From assembly GCA_964016885.1 (NCBI GenBank), contig OZ024743.1, forward strand, positions 22,072,001-22,136,000: a stretch of 64,000 bases of DNA, given 5' to 3'. Source of the stretch: Eledone cirrhosa. Taxonomy: Eukaryota. The position numbers and the translations under genes were made by a program. Below, in pieces: positions 55,305-64,000 of this stretch (position 1 is the first letter of the stretch; the number at the start of each line of letters is the position of its first letter). Below the pieces are notes generated by a model. That model did no database searches. It saw only the letters and a list, made by a program, of their open reading frames with translations, and was not told the DNA's origin.

Positions 55305-56127
55305 GGGGATTCCTTTCTTTGTTTCTGTGCCTTTCCTTTCTTCTATCCTACGCCATTTTGTTTCTGTGTGTGTGTTGTGTGCTCAGTTTGCGCATGCGCC
55401 ACATCCGGGTGTCTGTGTGTGTTTGTGTTCATTTATCTATTTGTTTATTTATTTATTGTTGGTTGGTTGTTTGTTCTATGTGTGTTTTCATTTTGTCCTG
55501 TGTGTGTTTTCATTTTGTCCTTAATTGTAAGTTGTTTGTTCTATGTGTGTGTGTGTTTTCATTTTGTCCTGTGTGTGTTTTCATTTTGTCCTTAATTGTA
55601 AGTTGTGATGTTGCTGTTCCACTCATATTTTCTATTTAATTTTGGTTGTAATTCTTTTATGCTTACTGCCTCTGTAATTTGCCTAAACATTGCATCTTTT
55701 CTGTGTGTGGATTCTATTTTTATTTCTATGTTCTCTAATCTACCCCTGTGTTCTGTCTTAGCATGTTGCTAAGATAGAAAACAGGGGTAGATTAGAGAAC
55801 ATAGAAATAAAAATAGAATCCACACACAGAAAAGATGCAATGTTTAGGCAAATTACAGAGGCAGTAAGCATAAAAGAATTACAACCAAAATTAAATAGAA
55901 AATATGAGTGGAACAGCAACATCACAACTTACAATTAAGGACAAAATGAAAACACACACAGGACAAAATGAAAACACACACACACATAGAACAAACAACT
56001 TACAATTAAGGACAAAATGAAAACACACACATGATAATATGAAAACACACACACACATAGAACAAACAACCAACCAACAATAAATAAATAAACAAATAGA
56101 TAAATGAACACAAACACACACAGACAC

Positions 56128-56185
56128 CCGGATGTGGCGCATGCGCAAACTGAGCACACAACACACACACAGAAACAAAATGGCG
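56128..56185 (+). promoter_or_regulatory. ETS-, NRF1- and YY1-like motif cluster (mirror at 55351-55408)
   Basis: ccggatgt, gcgcatgcgc and aaaatggcg within 60 bp, just upstream of the hammerhead. Confidence 0.4.
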
Positions 56186-56231
56186 TAGGATAGAAGAAAG
56201 GAAAGGCACAGAAACAAAGAAAGGAATCCCC

Positions 56232-56276
56232 AGTCACTGAAGAGGTCACAGAGTGTGTGACGAAAGGACTATGACT
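56232..56276 (+). ncRNA. Minimal type I hammerhead ribozyme motif (right arm)
   Basis: agtca-CTGAAGA-g gtcaca gagtg tgtgac-GAAA-ggac-TA-tgact. Confidence 0.65.
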
Positions 56277-56504
56277 ATATATAAACAACTATCTGGTTGT
56301 GGAACCAACCAACCAACCAGAAATTTATAAGTTTGTAGATTTGTAAATTTATAAATCTATAAATCTATAAATATATAATAAATTGAAGTGAAAGCAACTG
56401 GTGCGTGTGTTTCTTATTGGCAACATGACCCTCCCAAAGTATAACAATATCGGTTTCAACACACGATTTCAGATAAAGAATCTTGCTAAACAAATTCAGA
56501 AACG

Positions 56505-56562
<58 letters not shown>

Positions 56563-56564
<2 letters not shown>

Positions 56565-56700
56565 CGAAGGAAATGTGGTAAGGAACCAGGTGGACCATAA
56601 CGCACCAAAGTACTCAATACTTGAGGTAGTAGAGTGGGTAATAGGGACCAGTAAGACCCCGACAGCTGAGCTCAAGCCGTTTCGACGGCTAATTCTGGAC
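56563..56700 (-). mobile_element. Short (TA)n-inserted element end containing the 3' half of a hammerhead
   Basis: Minus strand cGAAAcggc ttgagctca gctgTC ggggtc; homologous to 12622-12740. Confidence 0.65.
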
Positions 56701-57980
56701 TAAATATATACACACACAGTCACATGCATATATACATATCATACATATAAAACCACTGTTATCACACATCCCATATACATATAATTACCCAATTAAAATA
56801 ATACAATACACACACAGGCACAGACACACACACACAGACACACACATACATATATATATTTGCTTTGTATGATTGTATTATCAACTCATCTAATCTACCT
56901 TATATAAATATATATATATATATATTTATTTATACAAACATATGATAGCAAGGTAACCAGACATGTATATACTAATGCTGATCTACCATGCTTTTTTGGT
57001 TAGATATGTATGTGTGTATGTATGTATGAGTGTATGTATGAGAGGTCTTTCAAGAGTATGAACAATGTCTATAATATGAAGAAAGAACACTCGGGGTTTT
57101 ACTACTTCAAGTATGTACTGCTACAGCTGTTACTTCCTCTTACACAAGACATAGGCAGCTCATCTCCAGTTACTGCCTTGCCAAAGTACATTTTAGCTAA
57201 AGGACAAATCATCATCATCATCACTTCTCCATCATATTCTTTCTCTGTCTTATCCTTTCTTTCTTTCTATGCCATACTTGTAAGGAACGGTTTCTGGCTT
57301 GGATTCTATGACTAGATGCCATTCCTAATGCCAACCTTATTGCAGCAAAGACTGGGTGGTTTTTATCATGGCACCAAAACAACCATCTTACAGGGTAAAC
57401 TGAATGCTTTTTCATGATGGGGCCACCTACAGGGTTGAGTGGGTGCTTTTTGACATGTCACCAGCATGACGTCCTTGTGTGATGGATTGGGTGCTTGTTG
57501 TGTCACCATCATGATCACCTTACAGGGTAAAGTGGGTGTTATTTTATTGTGTCACCAGCTCAACCATCTTACATGGAAGACTAAGTGAAAAATCACTCGA
57601 ATCATCCAGTGCAATCTGTAAAATTTTAGGGTTGTTGCTACAACAAAATACACTGATCCAGCTTTTATTGAAGAAAATTTCTGTGCAGGCATTTTTTCCT
57701 CAACATCATCATCAACATAATCATTTAACACCCACCCTTCTTGCTAGCAAGAGTCTGATGGCTCTTCACACACAGAGTCAGTACTCAAGTGGAGCTACTG
57801 ACCTCCCATGCAAGCCAGGTGTTTGCATCTTTCTTACATACATTACAGAACTTTACTAAATGCATTTTATAATGGCACCAGCACAAGTGAGGTTGTCACA
57901 TCTTTCACACAGCTGGAGATTCTTCCAAATCCTTTGTTTGGCAGGTTCTCTCTGACTGAAGACACTTCCTATCACCTACC

Positions 57981-58145
57981 CAGTGCCAAATTTACCATTG
58001 TGCTTAGTTGTGCTTAAGCACAGGGACCCGTTGGCCAGGGGTGTCCATCTTCCTGCTAAAAAAATGTTTATTTCCTTCAGAGCCCAAATAAGGGGCCTCA
58101 TAACTTAACTAGCACAGGGCCTCATTTGTCCTAAATCCGGCACTG
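57981..58145. mobile_element. hAT-type MITE
   Basis: TIR cagtgccaaattta/taaatccggcactg; perfect 8-bp TSD cacctacc. Confidence 0.85.
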
Positions 58146-60770
58146 CACCTACCACTTTACAAAACTAGGGACATTGTCATTTCTTGACACAACTGAAGAG
58201 TCCTTTTGACTGTGTACTATTCAGTTATCATTAACAATAAGAAAACAGGTATAAAATACACACAAAGAAAATCTTTTAAATGACTCAAACATTATTTGAT
58301 AATTCACTAACTTCACTAGAGAAGTATCAAAGTAGGTTCATAGCCTTTGGAATGAAATGTAATCGAAAAATGCTTGGCATTCCATAGAACATTGAATATG
58401 AATGTGGTAAGATAAAAAAAGGGGGGAAAAATGTTGCAAAGCATACAACACACCTGTCATTTGTCAAAAAGGTGAAAAATTTAACCTACTAGAAATATCT
58501 ACCAATTCACACCCTTTTGTTTTTAAATAAGGAGTGACACATTAGATAATGTAGTCATATATACCACCAAAAAGAGTTTGGTTACTGCTGGAAGGTTGTA
58601 AGGTCTGCACCTGTGTAAAGCTGGTAATAACCCCAAGCCAAATGTGAAATGCAGGTTTCATTTCAAACAGCTAGGTAAGTATTTTAGTAATCAGTGATAA
58701 ATACATATCATTTATGTTTGGGTTAATAGTATATATATACACATGCTTGTATGTAGTGTATATGATGTATTTACAACTAATAGATCAGAGTACCCTAAAA
58801 AATACAGTGTCTATATTGTCTAGTGTGTTGACCTGCTTACAAGTGTAGTAGTAACATCATCAATTTCTATTATGACTATAGTGCAACAATAAAGGATTTG
58901 ATTAATAAAGAGAGTGAACTAGTGGGGAAGAGTTACAGAGGCCTCAAGTCAATGAATGGATCAAGTAATAGAAATGGTAAAAAAGAAACATATCAAATAT
59001 ATACAAAATTAACATACAAGTGGTTGAGAATTCCACAGACATGTGCAGCCTTAATGTAGTTCCCAGTGAGATCTAGTTTGACATAGTAAGTGACAATGTT
59101 GGCCCTTTGAGTTAGAGATGCAGTTCATGTTTGCAAGATGAGTAAGCTGGAGTAAAGTGAAATAAAGCATCTTACTCAAAGATACAACACACCAACAGGA
59201 ATCAAACTCATGACTTTACAATTATAAGTCAAACAGTCTAACCACTAAGCTACATACCAAATATAGTGGAGTAAATAGAATAGTTTAGGAGTTTTAAAAA
59301 ATACAAGAAATCACTAGTAAGGTATTTCTATTCCTGCAGCTGTGAACAAAAGTACTTGACAAATATCATATTAGGAGGGATAGTTAATAAACTAATTTAA
59401 TAATTTTTTCTAACATAGACACACGCCAGCGATTTGTGGGAAGAAGAAAGTTGATTATATCAACTCCCGTACTTCACTCGTACTTATTTTATCAAACCTG
59501 AAAAAGAAAGAAATACAAGGTTTACCTCGCCTGGATTTGAACTCAGAGTGTAGAAAGTCGTCTATATTTAAATTTGAGCGACTTCCGTCCGTCACACAAT
59601 GTGTGTATGTGTGTTTGTGTGAATGTATGTGTGTGTTTTGGGGAATGTGTGTGTGTTTGTGTGAATGTATGTCTGTAAGTGTGTATTATTGTAAGTGTGT
59701 CCTTTGTTTGCACGTTTATATTTATATACTCATACATCGTCAGCGTATTGAAAAACATTCGACTAGTTAAAATAGTGTAAAGCGATTGTCTGACATTCTA
59801 TTGATTCTGCCAGACTAACGCCCTATAACCTAATTTAATAATATTGCAGATTATCAAACATTTTGAGAGGGGACAGTAGTCAATTGAATCACGAGAGTGA
59901 GTATATTACTGGTAACAATATTATCAACCGTGGATACATGAAAGGTATAGTTAATCCCAGTCGGATTTGAACTCAGAAGGAACATAATAATTAAAAGTCA
60001 TTTTCCCCCGCTGCTTTACTGTTCGAGCCAACCCCATCATTTTTTATTTTCAATCACACCCCATCATCTTAAAACAATAGGACACGTTATATAGTATATT
60101 CTTAAAAGCCCAGAAAAGAGGGTATGGTAATCGGTGGGATACTTTTGATTATAGGTTAGCTCGATTAGATTAAACAAGGCAAATAAATACCGTGAATGGC
60201 CGAAACCAACACGAAGTAGTATATATAAGGGAGATAATTCTCTTGGGCATGTAATTTGATTTTGGCGACTAAATTAAATAATAGGGAAAATTTACTTTTA
60301 AAATTAAATAAAAAGTACAGTTCTTGTTTTTTGTTTTTTGTTATTTATTTTTTAAACTTTGTCATTGTGGTACAGGGATCAAATTAGCTGAGTCGTTATA
60401 GTGTCGAATAAAATGATCTGCAGTATTCGTTCAGGGATCTATGTTCTCGTTCTCTTCAGTTTAAAATCCCAACTACGTTAACTTTGCTTTCCATCTTTTC
60501 GGGGTCGATAAATAAAGTACTAATTCAGTACTGGTATTGATTCTTCCTCTCACTCCATCTATGAAATCAATTGTCGCGAGACTTACAAGCTCAAAACACA
60601 TCGGGGCACCACGATTCTATTGGGAGGAAGGAGAGTGAGTAGATTTTAATTTCAAATAAAACAGTTCAAACTCCTCCAAAAATCGAAATAAAATCAGGTT
60701 TTTTGCCAATATCCAATGAATATGATTCAAATAGCCATCATTTCTTTTTAGGAGATAGCTATGCCATTAT

Positions 60771-60950
60771 TTGGCAGTATCGGTAGAGGGTTGGATTATG
60801 CTTTCCAGCATAGTTACGTCCCTTTACGATCTGAGTTCAATTCCCGCTGAGGTTAACTTTGTCTTTCATCCTTACGGGGTCGATAAAATAAAGTACCAGT
60901 AATGTACTGGGATAATTGCTGGTCTTGTGCCAAAAAGTAGAAACAATTAT
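60771..60950 (+). mobile_element. tRNA-derived SINE, young subfamily
   Basis: Near-identical to 21731-21916. Confidence 0.88.
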
Positions 60951-63494
60951 TTCAAATGCTAATAATTTTTCAAAGGAGATTTTTACCGACAAAGTAATTA
61001 TAATTATCTCCCCTAGATACAAACACACTTACTGGAGGAATTCGTTTTTATTGAAAACAATTGTCATAGAGAAGGAAACAACCATATGATGTTTCGGTTT
61101 TGTTTATTTATAGCTGAAATGGATGATTTCTAATTCAGGTATACAGCCAACAATTTGTTGGGAAGGGAAGTTGCTTACATCGATCTCATTACGTGACTGG
61201 TACTCAGACCAAAGAAGGACAAAAGGCAATGTTGACCTCAGCGAGATTTGAACTCGGAACACAAACGGTCGTAATTAAATGCTGCAAAGTATTTCTCCCA
61301 ATGTTCTAATGGTTTTGCTAATCAATCACCCACATTTATATCATTAATGTAATTCCCTGTCTGTATTTGAGCATCAAAATATTTTAATAAGAAAACTTCA
61401 GTGTCTAAGGGGCCTTCAGTATTTCACGTATTCTGTAAAGAAAATGATGTCTCTAATAGACACAAATATTTTTTTTAAAGAAAAAACAAAAAAAATACAA
61501 AAAAATCTGAAGCCCTGCTTTCGAATATCTTAGGAGGATAAAAAATAAATTCTATACTGAATGAAAGTGATCATTTCACAGATCTCAACTTCGATGGAAA
61601 TTCAATATAATGTATTTCGTCCTTATTTCTGTAGATTTAATCGGGTGAGAAATACATTTTCTCCTAAATAGAACAGTAGTTTATAGCAGGTTAGTTTCTC
61701 ACGTGAATAGTTTACCACCACCACCCCACCACTACCACCACCACAATCACCACCACCACCACCACCACCACCACCAACTATCACTAACAAGCGAAGCACT
61801 CGATGATTACGTATTGGCGAGATATTTCACATTATGAAATTTACTTAGAGTTAGATGGAGGCAGCAAATTGACAGAGTATTTAGGGCTTCGGAATAAAAA
61901 GTGCCTTGGTATTTGTGATAGGTCATTTATTCCAGTTCAAATCACACTGAGGTCAATTTTGCTTTTCATTATTTTGAAAACAATAAAGTACCAGAGCAGT
62001 ACTGAAGTCAATTCTTTTGTAATAGTCAAGTCTTATTAAGTATGAAACAGGCTGTACTAACATTATCTTGAAACAATTATCTTTGGAAGAATATATTTCA
62101 CACATACGTTTATAATAGGAAAGAATGGTTTGTGCTCCCTGACTACTAAAATTTATTGTGAACATACCCTGTTCAATAAGATTTTCTAACTTGACATATG
62201 AGCTAGTTAGCTGCATATCTCCACCCATCCCCACACGATATGCTCGATTTTCTTCTAATACCTGTGTCACTCTCATCTATATCCATCACAAACAAACATT
62301 TTACCACAATCCATTCCTAAACAGGGCAGTGAATTATCTAAACTTCAATCCTTACCAGCAGTTTTCCTTCAACTATTAACCTACAGTGTACGAATAAATG
62401 AACGAATATTTACACTACACAGAGGATTGATCTACTAGAAGCAGCAATCAAAATCTCAATCAAATCCCATTCAACAGTCTTTACAAAAAAAGACATATTA
62501 GAAAACGTAGTCCTTGATATGAACTGAAAACGTAGTCCCTGATATGAAACGTAGTCCCAAAGTGAACTGGTTAGCTAGAATTCCTTAGATCGTAGGTGAG
62601 CTCAGTCATGACTGAGCTGAAGTTAAAAATCCACAAGCTGAACGTCAAATGCGTTGTCCGCACTAGACTGGAGTGCCTATAAAGATCATGGGTACGGTTA
62701 TTTCTACAATCACACTTCCACATAAAACCAAAACCAAAATCAAAATAAGTTGTCATTTAATCTAATTATTCATTTCGTCTTAGTTGATAATTCACTATTC
62801 TTATATGATAATTATATTACTTAATGTTACTAAAATTGACAGAATTGATAGAATGTCAGAATAAAAGCCATTACAATGTTTATCCCGCATAGGTCATCAT
62901 TGACTTACTTCTTTCTGGGGTCTATAAAATGAAATACTAGTCAAGTACTGTGGCTGATTTAATCAATTTTGCCCTACTCCTAATTTTGGTGAGCTACTTT
63001 CCGAAAAAAATATTACTACCTAATCTTTACTTTTTGATAGTGATTCAATGTTTGCAGGGAGAAATTATCTCACCTAGAAAGTGAGCCACTACGCAGTAGT
63101 TTGCTTTGCTAGAAATAGTGCATAATCTTTTCCCAAAATAATATCTTACAACCCTAAGAAAAAAAGAAATAAAAACGTCAAGCTGGCATTAGTTAAATCA
63201 GAGAGCCAGAAAGAATAACACAAAGCATTCTATATGACGTTCTAAAGACTCTGCCAGTTTGTATTTCACTATGTGTCTGTTCGAATAGTATTGACAATTT
63301 GATAATCCATAACATGTCGTGCATTATGTATTGCTTTATTTTTACTCAGCAGTACCTCTTAATGATATTTATTGAACAAATTACTTTATCGACATATGAA
63401 GCAACATAAGGGAAATAACTGCAATAGGAAACACTAAGAAATGATGTTTTTTGTAGTTATTTCCCCTAGAACAAAGACTGTTGAAAATAGAATC

Positions 63495-63897
63495 GTTCAC
63501 ACACACACACACACACAGATACTGACAGATACATTACAGAGTAGCTTGTGTGCTTACGTTCACACGCAGAAATAGTCACACAAATATACACATACATGCA
63601 CACAGAGAGGCACACACACACACGCGCGTGTATAGACGCACGCACACACATATACAGACACACACACATATACACGCACCCGTATATATACATGCACACA
63701 CACACACGTACGCATCCATACATATACATACACATACACTCACAGATGTATATATACACATACATACATTTAACTACACACATCTGCACATACATATGCA
63801 TACATACACACATACACATACATATATATATACACACCCATCCACACACACGTATACACACATACGTCTACACACACACACACACATATATATATAT
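63495..63897. repeat. Degenerate (CA)n/(TA)n tract
   Basis: Direct reading. Confidence 0.9.
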
Positions 63898-64000
63898 AAT
63901 GATAAAATTTGCTCCGGACGAAACACCCGTGTCTGAAAGAACCCGCAGTAGTAGAATCAGCCAGATCCATACAAGGACCATGACTCGAGCTACATGCCGG

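Larger units (their letters stand above)
55086..56450. mobile_element. ~1.36-kb near-perfect palindrome (inverted PLE-like pseudo-LTR pair) in (TA)n
   Basis: Arms 55086-55763 and 55767-56450, 3-bp spacer, a few substitutions and indels between arms. Confidence 0.85.

Noticed and set aside
62040-62380. CR1-like 3' end (FLNRAVNYLN)
   Set aside because: Single weak motif, too degenerate to annotate

Overview
AT-rich, repeat-saturated eukaryotic DNA with no recognisable host exon, so it is probably intronic or intergenic. The repeat repertoire (tRNA-derived SINEs, RTE LINEs with (GAT)n/(GAA)n tails, abundant (TA)n and (CAT)n tracts) suggests an octopod cephalopod; this is inference. Contents: three Penelope-like element (PLE) relics (two GIY-YIG C-termini, one DKG/N-terminal part), two RTE LINE families (one with a PHD finger inside the RT-thumb region, one 5'-inverted), relic hAT, pogo, CR1-like and R4-like fragments, hAT/mariner/piggyBac-type MITEs, many SINEs and a 5.8-kb (GGT)-based minisatellite. 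The most striking pattern is a series of short inserts in (TA)n tracts that carry type I hammerhead ribozyme motifs and are folded back into inverted repeats, the largest a ~1.36-kb palindrome. Separate fold-back palindromes start at SINE or LINE tails and copy flanking genomic DNA. All motifs and pairings were read by eye.
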